DNA of 64,000 nucleotides from Callorhinchus milii. Lineage: Eukaryota. The stretch is from the NCBI RefSeq assembly GCF_018977255.1, contig NW_024704742.1, positions 41,356,001 through 41,420,000 on the forward strand. Direction: 5' to 3'. Numbering within the stretch: position 1 is the first letter of the stretch; each line of letters begins with the position of its first letter. Positions 14,101 through 29,303 of the stretch are shown here, piece after piece. The position numbers and the translations under genes were made by a program. Under the pieces are notes generated by a model. It had not been told where the DNA came from, did no database searches, and saw only the letters and a program-made list of their open reading frames with translations.

Positions 14101-15599
14101 CACAAATTGATTGTGCTTTAACTAGTTGTCAAAACAACATTAATGTGCAAGATAATTTTCTGAAATTTGTCTTTGTATTATTATCCACACTAGCTCCCTA
14201 GTTCAGACCTTACAATCCTTGCATTTGATATAGCATTGTTGAAATATCTCAAAGCAATTCATAGGGTTTCTGTAACTATATTTGTAAGTAACCTAAAACA
14301 ATATGCTCACTGTTGGTGTTTCTGTGATAACTGCATTAGTGTCAGATACACTGATGATTAACAAATTATCACTGGAGCGATTTTTAGTAATCACATTGGA
14401 ATATATAATACATATTCCCCTTCTTCCCCCATTACTTTCCCTCCAATTCGGGCTCCCAGTCAGCTGTGATTAAGCGCCCTGAGACTTTGCATTAAGGGTG
14501 CTACATAAATGCAGTTGTTGTTGTTGAAGTACTTTGGGATGTCTTCCCGACTTAAAAGTTGCTATAAAAATGTAAATTGTAATTGTATACTTTACTATAA
14601 TGCTGTGACCAATTTGGTGGAGAGTTTTAAAATATACCTTTGTTTTTGGTCTCTTCATGTCAGGCCAAGGCAGTGTTATTGCACACAGCACATTATTATA
14701 GAGCATTTCTATTCAGTATAATTATTCCATATTTGGTAAAACTGATATACATCTGAAATTTACACAAGAGTTCATCCCCTCAACCTCCAAGTTCCAAACT
14801 GGGTTATTGCATTTAATATCCATCATCAAGCTAACATTTATCATCACTTACCAATGATATACTTTTGTATTCTGACATCACTCGTACAACTAACCTTTAG
14901 TTGAAATCATCTGTAATCAGTTGGATACAATAATAATTGCTGATACCAAATAATTATCCAATATTTCTAAGGATGACATTTTGGGTTAGGGTATTCGTAT
15001 TTTGTAAGAAGAACTGCTGCTAAATGCAATCAAAAGGCTATTTATTCAAAACAATAATAATTTGGTAACTCAATCCACGACTGTTTGTGGGACACTACTG
15101 TGCACAATTGGCTGCCGTGTTTCACCCAGAAAATGCACAGTCAATCTAGTTTACAATATATTCCGTGAAGCGCTTGGATACGTCTCAAAGACGTGATCAG
15201 GCGCTATATCAAATGCAAGGATTATTATTGTTATTTGTTATTATAATTCTAAGCTATTGCCAACTAGCCCTGCTAACTCTGTGCTTACACAGACTAAACA
15301 TCTTATTAACAGTTTTGCTGTTCTATTTCACATCTGGAGGTCTGCTGCTATTGATGTTATAATTTGCACATGCCATGCAATTTTACTTTGCTTTAAATTA
15401 TGCATTGTATGAGCATGAAAGAACATGACAATTATTACAGAGGTGTAGCAATTCATCACACAGACACAGACGAGACAGAACAGGAGTCATGTTAAAATGG
15501 GTAAATTAGACAAAATATATATCTGAAGTTTATTTTTTCTCTCACAAATTTTGTCTCATGATCTTAGGAACAATTTGGTGCACTAGTATTTATACCAAG

Positions 15600-16035
15600 A
15601 ATTATTATTAATGATAATAAACCCTGCATTTGATATTGCCCCTTTCATGTTGGGAGGATGTGTCAAAGCACTTTATAGGATTTAATGTAAAGCTTAGTGA
15701 GTGTATTTTGTCGGCAGACACGGAAGCTAATTTGTGCACAACAATGTCCCACAAACAGCCAGGAAGTGAAAGATGAATTTTATTTGGGGATGTTGGCCAG
15801 GACACTGGGAGAAACTCCCTTCTCTTTTTGAAAAGTGCCATAGGATCTTTAAAGTGCACTTGACCAAGCAAACGGGGCCTTGGCTTAACCTCTCATATGA
15901 AGGACGGAACCTCCAACAATGCATTATATCTCCAGCCTTGCATTTTAGTGTCAGCCAAATTGTGAGTTGAAAGTCTCAAAGTGGGTCTTGAACCCACAAC
16001 CTTCTTGCTCAGAGGCAAGAGTGCTACCAATTGAG
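15600..16035 (-). mobile_element. Older SacSINE1/DeuSINE-like element
   Basis: Minus strand reads TTGGTAGCACTCTTGCCTCTGAG...GGTTGTGGGTTCAAG head, Deu core, tail. Confidence 0.8.
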
Positions 16036-16499
16036 AGGAACAGGATGTGAAGGATATGACTTGCAATGGCATAGTGAGAGTACATTGTGGGAATCCGATC
16101 ATTATTATATCACAGGCCGTGTCTGGCCTGTGCTAAGATAGCTCACCGTTGGAGCTTTTTACTCTGATAACATCTTTGTGCTATTTCTCTATGTCCTTGA
16201 CTCTACAAGTATTTATCTAATTTCCTTTCAAATGTCGTAATTAATTTGGCTTGAATAGCCACGTTCTAATGATACTTTGTGGAAAAGAATATCTTTGAAG
16301 TTGACCTAACCTCTCCTTGTGTTGTAATTTTACCCAGTAATGGAAAAAATCTTTGAAGTGTAAAAGAACCAAATACAGTATGATAATTGAGTGAGTTGTG
16401 TGCACATGAGTTTTAAAAAAAATACCATAATATAAGTTGTTTAATGTTCTGTTATATTGATTATTAGAGTTTTTTTTTCTTCAAACCATATACAAATTT

Positions 16500-16845
16500 T
16501 AATAATAATCTTGCATTTAATATAGTACCTTATCACGTCTTAAAGACATCTCAAAGCTCTTCACAGAATATACTGTAAAGTGAATTGACTGTATATTTTG
16601 TGGGCAAAACGCACAGCAGCATCACACAAACAGTCATGGATTGAAGTCACCAGTTTTTGCTTATTTGTAAGGAATTATTACCCCCGGAAAAGCAAACCCC
16701 TAATCGACTAATAACCTACTTACTGCTGGGTAAACAAACGGCGTGTGGAGTAAGGAAACTTGCCCAATATTTTCCCCTGCCAGGAATAGAACCCAAGTTT
16801 CTCGCTTGCAATGCAAGTGCTCTCACCATTGAGCCACGGGACTGC
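16500..16845 (-). mobile_element. tRNA-Deu SINE
   Basis: Head, core and tail recognisable. Confidence 0.85.
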
Positions 16846-19800
16846 ATTTTAACTGCGAATTAAATGTAGCAAAGGCCTGCTTTATTTTCAGAGCTGATTA
16901 TCATGTTCCAAGGCTTTGACATTATCGCCAACATACATAGAATAAAAATATATATTCATTTAAAATTCTGCAGAAGAATACGAAGTTATTACATGGTTGA
17001 CGTTGTCCAGTGTATTATTAATCTTCCAGTTGTGTAAAGGCTATAAGCCATATGATTCCATGCAAATCCAAGGATAGAGAACGTATACACAAATAGTGGT
17101 TTCATCTGTGGTTTATAAAGTCTTTACGAATTTAGCACCCACCCGGGAGTTGAAAAATTTCAGTTGACATCTAGCCTGGAGCAATTTGCTGGAAATCAAC
17201 CACTGTGTTCATCATCCCATCTCAATCCATTCTTGTTCAATTCTCTGCTGTTCCATTGCAACCAACTATTTACAGCCAGTGTTAACTCCAAGTACGAGCA
17301 CCATATGTGTACTAAGGAATTATTTTATGTCATTCGAAGATTGGCTTTTCTGGTTAGAAATTCAAAGAATAGTTTCTGAAAATCATATTTGGTGAAATCT
17401 ATTGAAACATTAGTCCAACAATAACTCACGTGTGTAAAAAGGAAAGGTAGTCTTTTGGTCTTGTGACAAATTTCAGACTGACAGGAAATATTTTATTTAC
17501 CTATCAAGTAGCACTGCACAATGACGCAATGGAATATGGGTAAGAGTCTTAATTCCCCACAGGTTCCTAGTTATCTGCAGTCGGGCTGTCTGGAGGTAGG
17601 TGTTGAATGCATGGTGAAAATGGGGATCAATCCAGACTACCATGGTATATGACATTGAGTTATCTTTCCATATTCAGTCAGGAAATAACTTATGGTACAT
17701 GTGAAGAAAATGAAGGTACAAGTATTAATAGAAGCAATATTTTAGTTTATCAAGTCTATCTTAGGAAATAGAATGCTAAACAAAAAAAGGTGTTTGATGC
17801 AGAATAGTTTTAAAAAGGGAATTGGAAAAAAAATTATAATATGGGGAGAGGGCAGAGGATTCAAACTACATTCGGAAAGCCAGGCACAGGACCGATGCGC
17901 ATTCTGAGACAATGGACTCAACTGAACATCTTATAACAAGATTTCTAAAATATCTAAATGGTTCTACCCTCTATCCTTCATTCGTTTCTTAGTTTCTGTC
18001 AATCACCAGATATTTCAGCCTCTCAGATTCAGACGACAGAAATGTTAAAAAAAAACTCAATGCTAGCACTATTATTTGTTTGGAAACAAATAATAACAAA
18101 TAACATTTCTTTTGATCCCAGAAATGTAACATTCATTTGCAATTCAACCAGTGCAAATCGTATTTGTAGCAATGATTGAGAACAAAACTGGTTATATACG
18201 TGTGAAAATAACACTTAACTGAGACTTGCAGTTGAGCAACAGACACTTTGGATAATTGTTCAACATCCATTCTGAGAGAAAGGTCTCAAAACACAGTAAA
18301 TTATTAGTCTCTGCATATTACCCTCAAAATTGTTGTAAGAAAATATTAGTACTGTGCTATTATTCATTTTTATGGGGGAGCAGTCGCCTTGAAAGACTAG
18401 TTGACTCTTTCAAACATTTTAAACAGCAAAAAACAAATGTAAATCTATAGGCACTTATTTTCTCATCAGTTGAACTGGGATTCTTTTCAATTAGCAGTTA
18501 GATTCTTCCCTCATGTTCTTCCTATGATTTCATCAAGTATTTGTTTCATTACATATGAGGATTTGTCATCAGCATTAATCTGTCTCATTTGACAGCTAAT
18601 TTTAGTTCAGCATTTAGATCATTTAAATTTACTTGCCAACTTTTACAACTAGCTTTTCTCCCACATATTTAAATTCTGATATTCTGTACAATATTCTGTC
18701 TATTCTGATGATGAACCAACTTTGGGTCCAAAGGTCTCAGTAGTGTCTTGACATGACTACCATACCTTCATTTGTGTCCTACTAAAGGCTCTCATGTCTG
18801 ACTATAATGAAACTAGATTAGCGTTATTCTATTTAAAGCACATTCATGATCTGCGCGTAATTACTAATCAATGAACAGATTACATGAAAGCAAAAACTTT
18901 TTCTGTTGAATTCTATTATATTGTGTTTGAACAATTTCAGCTCATCTATTAAAAGAATACCATTGTGTCTCTGATTGCCAAAAACCCAAGTTACATTTCC
19001 ATTTCATCTTCCAACATGATTATTATTATCTTTCAACATTTCATCAAATAACAAATATTAAAGGAACAGCTCAGACTAAAAAATTCTTATAACATTCATT
19101 TGCAACCAATCACCTGCTGGTAAGTAAAAGTACATATCCTGCTGATTTGTGGGATATGTGGGAACTCCTCTCTGGGCATAGATTGGATCAGAATGGAGTT
19201 CCTGTGGGTTGATGTGATTGACATACCTCCAGTTTACAATGAGACCCTATTTGTGCAATTCGGATTCCTTAATAAGAAATTCTGTTAGAAATCCTGCAAT
19301 TACACACTTACTTTTCCCCTTCAATCTTGAAACAAGGACTTGAAATAATGACATATTCTGACAAATTTGCTTTATATGTTGTCCTCTTTGATATTTAGAT
19401 TGAGGCAAAGAAGTTTGTTTCCTTTGAGTTATTTATGATGAATCTCATTATTGGTTGCAATCTACAGTACTTACAATTGAATGGTCCCTGTAAATAATTC
19501 ATGCAGTGGGAAATAGATCAATGCTTATTACATAACTGTCTACTCAGTATGTTTATGTAACAAGCAGAGTTGATTTTTCTTGTGTTAGGCTTCTTGCATA
19601 GTCTGCAACATGCTTGGACTGACCGTTTTGAAAATACTATGTCTATACCATTGAATGTAATGGAAGCGAATACCTACTGACATAAGTACTCAGCAAAGGG
19701 CACATACAAGTGCTGCCACACTTTCCGAAGAGGATATTGATTTGGGATCAGTAATGCAACTGAAATCAAAGAAAAAGTTACAACAAGAAAACCTTCATAA

Positions 19801-21109
19801 TCCATTCTTTGCTCTTATAGACCATACTGCATTGTATGTAAGTGCTACTTCCAATTCCCAAATCCAATCCTTCAATACTATTATGCCCTCTTTGATAATT
19901 ATCACATCACATATCTTTTTTTTACCCCTGTACTGTATTTCTTCTACAACATATAAAGGCGAAAGTGAAGAATTAAGGAAGAAAGATGTAAATGCATTGA
20001 ATTTCAACAAATAAGGCAGTGTATGTGTGGAGAGTTTGGGAAGGAAATAAGTCATGGTTTAATAACTGGGCTTTGATTAACATATAATGTGTAAAATGCT
20101 TGTAACAGCTGTTGTGAAGAAGTAATGTAATGTGAATTAGTCCTTCTCCTCCAGACACCACAGCTGGCAGAAAATCAAGCAAAGCCCACATTAACACATT
20201 AAAAGTGTGATATGTGTTGCAGATTTCAATGCTAGAGAGTTTTCAGATTAGAAACATGTAGTTATGTAAAATTTTCACAAGTATTCAGGAAAAAAAGCTA
20301 AAGTGAACCCTTGAAGTTGAATTTGTTCAATCTAACTGCAACATGAGACGTGTAAGAAGTACATTGCAGTTTATTGGAGTTTGAAGGTGACTAAAGATAT
20401 ACTGCAGTTTTGAACATCTGGTTGATAATTGGAAAGGCATTCCAGCACAAGTAACTGAACCCATCTATTTAAAGCCCCCCACTTGTAATCAGGTTTGAAA
20501 TTATCTTCTGAGTATCAGCTTTCCCATGATTTCTACAGATTCCAAATGGAAGCTTTAAAGAAATAATGTCAATGTTTTGTGTGCAGCCTCCCAAAAGTTT
20601 ATGTACTCAATGTAGCATATATTACAGTACAAAATCACTACTATATTGCATTTTGGATACTGATTGCACATAAGAAATGTCCATTTACTACATAAAATTA
20701 CGCCTTCATCATTAATTTCTGATAAGACTGCATTAAAAGATTTTACAACACTACATCATGTCAAAACATCTCCAAGGGCTTTACAGTAATTACTATCGTG
20801 CCAAATGAATGTTTTTATAGGCAAATAGAGCAGCTATTTTTCACACAACTGGTCCCCACTAACATCATAAAATAAATGACAAATTTTACCCGTAGAACTG
20901 TTGCCAGTACACAGAGAAAATAGTTGCATGGCATCTTTAACATCCACCCGAAGAACAGTTAATCTGACACACACAAAGCTCAGGAACACTGGACAGAGGT
21001 AGCAGCATCTCCCAGCATGAAAGGTAGATAGTAAGTCTTACGACAAACGGAGAGGCTTTCAGAGAGTTCCAAGGAAACTCAGAAGGAAAATGTATTAAGA
21101 ATACATGCG

Positions 21110-22050
21110 TCAGGGTGTAAAATCACAACAGTTAAGATAAGGAGGAGGGAAGTATTAAATATATTACATAACCTCAAAGAGGACACGGGACTGGATCCAG
21201 ATGGATGCCCCCCAAAATCCTTAGGGAACTAGGGAGGAGATAGCTGAGGTTCTAGTATATATATTTAAGAACTCTATAGAGAAAGGAATCATGTCAGAGG
21301 ACTGGAGAATGGCCAATTTAATATCTATTTTTAAAAAGGGTGATACAGAGCTAATCCAGGAAATTACAGGCCAGTCACCTTAACGTCATTGTGGGTAATG
21401 TATTAGAATGCATAAAAAAAGATGAAATACCTAGTCATCTGGAGGAGAATATAATTCAGAGCAGTCTGTATGGATTTAGAAAAGGAAGGTAATGCTTGAC
21501 CAACTTTATCAAATTCTTTGAAGATGTAACTGATAAAGTAAACAAGGGAATTGCAGTGGGTTTAACGTATCTGGATTTCCAGAAGATCTTTAATAAAGTG
21601 CCACAGGAGAAGCTTATGACTAAAATCAGGGCAAGTGGAACCATTGTAGACTAAGCTGAACGGATTAATGAATGGTCAGGAAACCTAAAACAAAGGGTAG
21701 GAGTTAAGTGCACATTCTCAGACTGGCAAGAGGTAGGAAGTGGTGTTCTACAGGAATACATCATAGGACCACTATTGTTCACCATATACATAAATGATTT
21801 GCATTCAGATACAGGAAGTACAATGTCAAAATTTGCAGATGACACCAAACTGTGAGCATGGCAAACACTGAAGAAGATTGCAGAAGAATGCAGGAAGATA
21901 TAAATAGGCTAGCAAAATGGACAGATGAAGTTTAATGTAGGAAAATGTGAAGAAATTCAGTTTGACAGGCAAAACGAAGAAGCTGTCTGTGGTGTCTATG
22001 GTGAGAACCTAAGTGGAGTAGATGAGCAAACTCTAAAAGTAGCTTCACAC
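21110..22050 (+). mobile_element. Degenerate CR1 LINE RT fragment
   Basis: Remnants of [36 protein letters not shown], with many stops. Confidence 0.85.
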
Positions 22051-24149
22051 TTCCCTTACCCCTGGAAAAAATACCAATTAAAAGGATACATTAAAAATTA
22101 AACAGAATAATAATCAAGCACCACATAACCACAACTAAATGTTGAAAACAGCAAAGAACCTTTAGATTTGGATGGGCACACCGATTGTTTTCTGCTAAAT
22201 CAATTCCATGAAGGATTTTTGAAGGAATGGTTCGTAACGACTATCAGGATAATCGAGGCAGCCAATTTTTAAAAGCAATGTAAATGCTCAATCTGTAGTT
22301 ATAAAATGAAGCATTGTGTCAGATAATTAGGAAGTACTGCATCCAACACAATGGTGTTGGTTGTCATAGTATTCCAGGTTATGGCACTTTTAATGGATTT
22401 GAGCTCCATGAATGTAATACAATAATAATAATCCTTGCATTTGACACAGCACCTTATTACGTCTACGAGACATTTCTAAGCGCTTTGAGCAAAATGTGGC
22501 AGCAAATTGCGCACAGCAATCATGGATTGAAGTGACCAATTTATTATTATTATTTATTTGAAGGAATTATTACCTCAGTGTCATATTAATAAAATGTAAC
22601 GCTGATCATTCACTTCATGACTGTTTGACTGCCAAAATAAAAAATACACAGTTATTATACTTGTAACAATTATACAGTCATAAAAGATTCACAGTGCAGA
22701 AGAACTCCAATCGGTCCATTGTGCCTGTGTTAAGAAATGTTAAAATGGTTGACATATTTATTCTGTTTTTGATTGGATCATCTTAAATCTTAAGTAAAGA
22801 TTAACCATAGTTAGCAAGCAACTGATAACAGTAAGATAACAGTGCCTGCAGATCATCACTTTCCAAAATCTACAAAATCTAAAAAAACTAAAAAAAAATG
22901 CCCCTGAACTCAGGAAGTGTGCAAGCAGCTGAATCGCAATAATGATATTTTTTAAATTGAGAAAGTACCAAAATTAGAAGCCACACGTTTGCCTGAGTCC
23001 AATATTTCAAAGGCCGCGATATCAGGGAAGCATAAGTGGCCGACTTCTGGGTTGTTTGATCACTGCTAACGTCACTTGCTGTGGATGTGCACAATGAATG
23101 TGAGAAGTATCTCTGGTGTCATTTCCTTCGTGAATTGATATCTGCAACATTTCCTGTGCATCGTTCACAGGCGCAAGGATTCGGGAAGTGAGGTCAGCAA
23201 CGCATCATGCACATGGCATAGAATGCACAAAAAATGTTGTCACCAGTGACCTGACCAAGAATTTGGTTGTTTTTAACCACGACTAGCTGGCCAGTCAGCG
23301 CTCAAAGGTGAGTATACTGTACTTCTGATAATGCAGGTCTACAGGATACCAGTGCTATATAAGTGAAGCCGCACTAAAATGGGGGTTGGGGAGTTGTAAT
23401 GGGATTGCCCCGTATTACTGGTTTATATAGACTATTGCAAGTCCTTGATGGTAGTATAATATTATATATAATATGAATGCATCGCATAAATTAAGAATTA
23501 TATTTGCATTTTCAAAATTCAATGCTTAGCATTTTTCCAGAAAAAAATGTAATAAAATTGTTTGTGTGCATTAGGTGTCACTACAGTATTTTTAAAAATT
23601 TTTGCTATGGGAGGCTGAGGTCTTTCACTTATAACTTATAACTCTTTGGGTAAGGGAGAGGGCGTGAGGCGATTCTCCAGTCATGGGTATGCATCATACT
23701 CTCTCCTGGTCTGTAATTTACAGATCTTGGGTGAGTTTGAAATAGGAAGTCTCATTATAAATATTAATGTTCTTCACTGCCAAGGCCTGTAAATTTACCA
23801 CCCATTGACATAAATCATGCACCGTCATGAATCTGCAACTGAAATATTGTTTAGTACCAAAATACTGGGAAGGTTCTGTGACTCTCCAAGCAATATTGTT
23901 GTGTGCGGGTAATGTTTCTAACCCTACAGCTTTATGGAATAAGCAAGAATTTTCACATTTACAGAAGTATCTCCCACTTCTGTAAAAATAGAAATTCCTC
24001 CTTATTCCATGTAAACCCACCTTAGAACAAAATCCTTATGTTTGTGCGACCATCTGTACCCCAAAGTACCAAACCCAGCACTGTACTGAATGGATGTTCA
24101 CAAGATCACAGGATTGATTCAGATGAAGAAGGCCCTTCAGCCCATTTGA

Positions 24150-24465
24150 TCTAGCATGCTTACCTCACAAGCGAGAGGACCCGGGTTCGATTCCCGGATG
24201 GGTGAAACCTTAGGCAAGTTTCCTTACTCAACACGCTTCTGTTTACCTAGCAGTAAGTAGGAACCCAGTTGTTAGTTGAATGGCAAATCGCTTACCTGGG
24301 GTAATAATTCCTTCCTGTTTGTGGGATGCTGCTGTGGACAATTGGCTGCTGCATTTCACCCACAAAACTCAGTCAATTCACTTTACACTATATTCTGTGA
24401 AGCGCTTTGAGACATCCCAACAATCTGATAAGGCTCTATATTAAATGCAAGGATTATTATTAGTA
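24150..24465 (+). mobile_element. tRNA-Deu SINE
   Basis: B box GGTTCGATTCC, core and tail. Confidence 0.85.
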
Positions 24466-26694
24466 GTATTTTTCCGAAAAACAATAAACACTCTACCGTA
24501 TTCTCATCACAACACCATTTTTAAAAAATGAATCCAGTTTCTGAGTCTCAACCACTCTTCCTGGTAACTGTTACAATCATTAATTGCCTCTGAGTAAATA
24601 AATATTTATTGGTGCCTGTCTTATATTAACATTTACAAGCCTAAAACCTTGTCTTCTTATTCTGCTGTCTTGACCCATCTGCAAGTATTGTTCTGGGTTT
24701 AGCAACAGAATGATTGCTGGATAATCAGCCATCACATTGGAGTTAAAAATACAAATGCAGTCATTACACTGATAGTGATTGACTTGTGGGATACAAGTGA
24801 AAATATGGAATTCATTACTGCAATTGCTAAAAAAGGGTCAATCTGATCCCGAATGCCTTCAAAGCCAATCTTGCGGCTGATGTACAAATTGCATTTACAT
24901 AGTGCTTTTCACGTCAGGAGGACATCCTAATTTGCTGGACCTCTATGTCAGGAGGACATCACCTTTCACATTGGAAGAATGTCCAAGGCACATCCAATGT
25001 TTAATTGGATTTTCAGGCATTTTCTCAACTGTGAAATGACCTGAAAGTGAAATGTTGTCTGTGATTTTGACTCCTGATTTGAGATTACTACATTTTCAAC
25101 CCCATTCTTCTTTTCAGCAGCAGTCCATGGAGGGATTTCTGGATCATCATTATCAGCCAGTATGAGTGCAATGTGTCTTCTCATTAGGAGGTCCTTGCTG
25201 GCCAAAATGAATTGTTGGCTGATTATTTAGAGAGATTTATACAGGCAGGTTTGACTGGATCCAAGTTGTGCTGTTGACAATGACTGCAGGTTTTCCTTCT
25301 CTTCTGGAGATGTTGTTTTCTCTTCTTGTGCAAGGACGTAGGTTGAATGCAAATATACCTTCAATATTATGTCTGAGATGTTGGCCTGTAGTGCTCCAAG
25401 TGGCATTGTTCTGACAGCTAGAGGGAGGAACATCCCATCGACCTCAGATTCCTTCATTCAAATATACCTGAAGGGCTGCAACATCCCAACAGTCCTGGTC
25501 TCACTATAACAGCCAGTTGGTCGCCGCAATATTTCTGAATAAACAGGATCCTATTGTTCCGCGATTTGTAAAAGCCATTACAATTTCTAGCACATGAAAT
25601 TTAGCCTAAAGATGCCTTGCAGTATTGTTAAAAGGGGAGAGCAGATCACCATTTCCTCCTTGGACAAAGCAAACATTCACTTAAACAACTGTATCAAATT
25701 GAACATTTTGTTTGATGCAAATTACCAAATATATCAGGAATGAGTTTCACAAATATTTCTCCTGTATCTGCAAATTGTATTTGCAAATTAACGACAGTCG
25801 CTAAGTGCAAGATCTGATTTCAGTTTCTTTGCTCTGATGTCTGCCTAAATCCAATTATTTCTGAGCAGTCGGTCACACAAAAATAGCTCTACTTTGTTAT
25901 GCAAGACCTAAAAGTAACAAAAGCAATGTTGACATTGACATGAAATGGGCGAAGTCTATGTAATCATGACTTCTCATATAAGTCAGTGAAAATCCTTAGA
26001 ATTAAAAGGTACCTGGTTAGGTTTTATGTTGGTGAAAAATTCAGAGACGCTGGAACATGAATGCAACAATAAACAAGCTGGGGTTGACTCCCTGTAGAAT
26101 CCAACGTAAGATAACACCTCTCATCCTACAGGTGATTCAAGAAAATTGAACACCCAACCAACAATGAAACATGCCACTGAAATCTCATTACAGTCTATGG
26201 TTCAAGAGCTTTGCTGTTCTAGATTTTACCTCCAATTGCAAACTTATTAAAATAAACTGGGGTTTCTTTCAGGCAAGGAAAAGATAATTGCATTTTAAAT
26301 GGATAAAGTAATTGAATATTATTATCACAGAAAAATGTATTATACTAATTTACACAAAAAACGATTGCTGTTATGTAATGGACTTCACACTGAGAGGCAC
26401 TTCCAGAAAGAAGAATGAGAAATTGCTCCTGCTGTTAAGTGTAGCATTGTAAGAGCATATTACCAAAGCCGCAACACTTAGTGGCAAGAGGAATTTCACC
26501 CCCAAGGTTTTCTGCACTCATATCTGCTCTCAACACATTAATGCCAGTTTATTTACCCTTGGTCAGTTTAGACATACATGTCCTTTGACAGATCCATCTT
26601 AGCTTAAACAGTAATACATTCAGGTTTGGGCCATAAGGCTGTGGTTTAAAGTCCTATACTTCAGGACATATGCTCATAGTCTAGGCTGATACTC

Positions 26695-26925
26695 TAATAA
26701 TAATAATAATAATCCTTGCCTTTGATATAGCGCTTTTCGCGTCGGGAGGACGTCCCAAAGCGCTTCACAGAACACACTGTAAAGTGAATTGACTGTATGT
26801 TTATGGGCGAATGCGGCAGCCAATTGCGCACAGCAATGTCCCACAAACAGTCGTAGATTGAAAATGACCAATTTATTATTGTTTTTGGTTTTTAGAGGGA
26901 TTATTATTAGGCTTGTGGAGTACTC
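26695..26925 (-). mobile_element. 5'-truncated young SINE
   Basis: Near-identical to 43327-43560. Confidence 0.9.
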
Positions 26926-27719
26926 TAGTACCTATTTTCATTCGAACAAAGAATGTTGAGGAGAGACTTGAGAGAGGTCTTTAAAATTAAAGAGCTATAA
27001 TAATCCTAATTCTTGCATTTGATATAGCACCTTTCATGTCAGGAGGTCGTTGTTGAGGACGTTACCAACTAAGCCAGGCTGTCACATTATATTATCATCG
27101 GTTCCCTGTGCATCATACTGATGCAATACTTTAATCTCTTTACATAGTGAGGTTGATTCCTTCTGGAGTCTTTGCTATGACCTTCTATCCAGTGGTTGTC
27201 TGCCTGATGCTCTGAGATTTCTGAGGTTCACCAAGTTAATTAGCAGTAAAATCACTGTGGTAACAGTAGCAAGTCTGGCCTGAGATATCTAGTGTATGTA
27301 GACTCTTAGATGATTATAATCTATATACTTAAATATAACAGGGTGCAAGAGAAACTAACCTTGAAGATTGAACAATGAGTAATAACAGGAACAGGTGATA
27401 TGTTAGTAGATTCTAAATTGANTTTTTTGTTAGTTATGCTCTTTATGAAGTTAATGTTATTCATTGAACAAAGCTTGAGGACATCAAAAAAAAACAGTCA
27501 TGTTGAAATTAAGTGAATGCTGGAAACATCTTCAAAACCTCTTAAATATAAAGTGCTTATTGCTGACCAGAGTTTTTGTGATGCTTGATATAAATCAAGA
27601 AAAATATGATAAAAACACTATCACATTGCAACTTTACAATGCAATAAAGTATATATTTCCTTGAAATTAATAGAAAAATAGTCTCCTAACATAAATATGG
27701 ATAATTTTCTGCATGCCAG

Positions 27720-28010
27720 TAAGCTGTAAAGTATTGGTTAGAGCCCTCGCCTCGCAGGTGAGAGGACCTTAGGCAAGTTTTCTTACTCCACATGCCCAGT
27801 AGTAAGTAGGAACACAGTTGTTAGTCAATTGGCGAATCACTTTCCAGGGAGTCAAAATCCCTTAAAAAATACAATTTGGTTATTCAGTCCACAATCTTGT
27901 GGGACACTGCTGTGCACTACTGGCTGCCTAGTTTCGCCCACAAAATATACAGTCAATTCACTTTACAGTATAAGACGCTATAATCAAAATGCAAGGATTA
28001 TTATTAATTA
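27720..28010 (+). mobile_element. tRNA-Deu SINE with deletions
   Basis: Head remnant, core and tail. Confidence 0.8.
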
Positions 28011-29089
28011 TCTTTCATTCTTTTTGTCTATTGCTGTGGAATTTTGGGTTTAAGCAATACATATAAGGAAGTTTCTAGTTTTTGTGTTTCAGCACATTGG
28101 CATTCCAAATGGTAAAACAAGTAAAGGAGCAGAGAGACACAGGAGTTAATTTATACAAACCTTGTGGGAACTTGCTCTCAGTGAAAAATCATCACAATTA
28201 TTCACTCACTTCACCACAGTGGATAACTACTGTGGTGGGACCCAAAACTGTTGACATGGGCTAAATGCAACTCAGCTCTGTCCACTATGTTCAGCGAATT
28301 TGTTGTGTGCTTATAATAAGAATTTTATACAGCAACTTACCACCTCATGGAAATAGCTTAAAGCATTTCACTGTTCAGTGTTCAGTGACTGTGTATTTTT
28401 TCTGTTGGTGAGTGAGGCAGCCAGTCTACAATGTCCCACAGACAGCCATGAAGTGAATGACCAATTTTTAATTGAGGGATTGTCGGCCGGGACACTGGGA
28501 AAAACTCCCTTCTCTTTCGAATAATGCCATGGACTCAAGCCATTTTGGGACCCAGAAGATGTAAGTGCCTCTGAGGCTGAGGGACAACCACACAAGGAAG
28601 TAATGGAACAGCACTGTGAATTTTCTAGTGTACCCCATTATGTCAATCAATTCTGGGGAGATTCCAGTGGATCCAGATATCCTTGGAGTTCCCATGTATT
28701 TAGCAAGTAAACAAGGAGCTCTTGGGATTTACAATAATTTGGGAAGATATCCTTGTGGACAAGGAATTTTCAACTGTTATGTCTGTTGAGTACTTAAATA
28801 CTCATTGCAGAACAGTTGGAGGGATGGACAGCAAGTGTCTATTTTCATTGCTTGTACAGTATTTGGCTGCAATTTCTGTGTACTACAGAATTTCAATGTT
28901 CACCTCCGCTAAAAATATCTACTCTGCTGGCATAATGTAAGGCAAATGGAATTTTTACCCTCTAGTGTTAGGGCTAAGACAATTGATGTGGAACAGAGGA
29001 TGTTTTGTTTACACCTAACCTGGAAGTGTTTTTGATATTGATACTTGGATCTCAATATGGGATGTTCTTCAATTTGTCAACACTAGCAA

Positions 29090-29303
29090 TCGCCTAATAA
29101 TAATCCCTCCCAAACCAAAAATAATAATACATTGGTCATTTTCAATCTACGACTGTTTGTGGGACATTGCTGTGCGCAATTGGCTGCCGCGTTCGCCCAC
29201 AAATATACAGTCAATTCACTTTACAGTGTGTTCTGTGAAGCGCTTTGGGACGTTCTCCTGATGTGAAAAGCGCTATATCAAATGCAAGGATTATTATTAT
29301 TAT
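29090..29303 (+). mobile_element. 5'-truncated young SINE
   Basis: Core and tail near-identical to the young copies. Confidence 0.9.

Noticed and set aside
24966..25520. Two adjacent minus-strand ORFs faintly reminiscent of a Harbinger transposase (GALQ...IIL..LH) or FAM184B exons
   Set aside because: Motif spacing does not fit, no catalytic motifs or terminal repeats are seen, and there is no FAM184 similarity. A tBLASTn search would be needed.
27422..27422. Single N base
   Set aside because: Assembly ambiguity, not a biological feature. It may hide a gap, so the intron length is uncertain.
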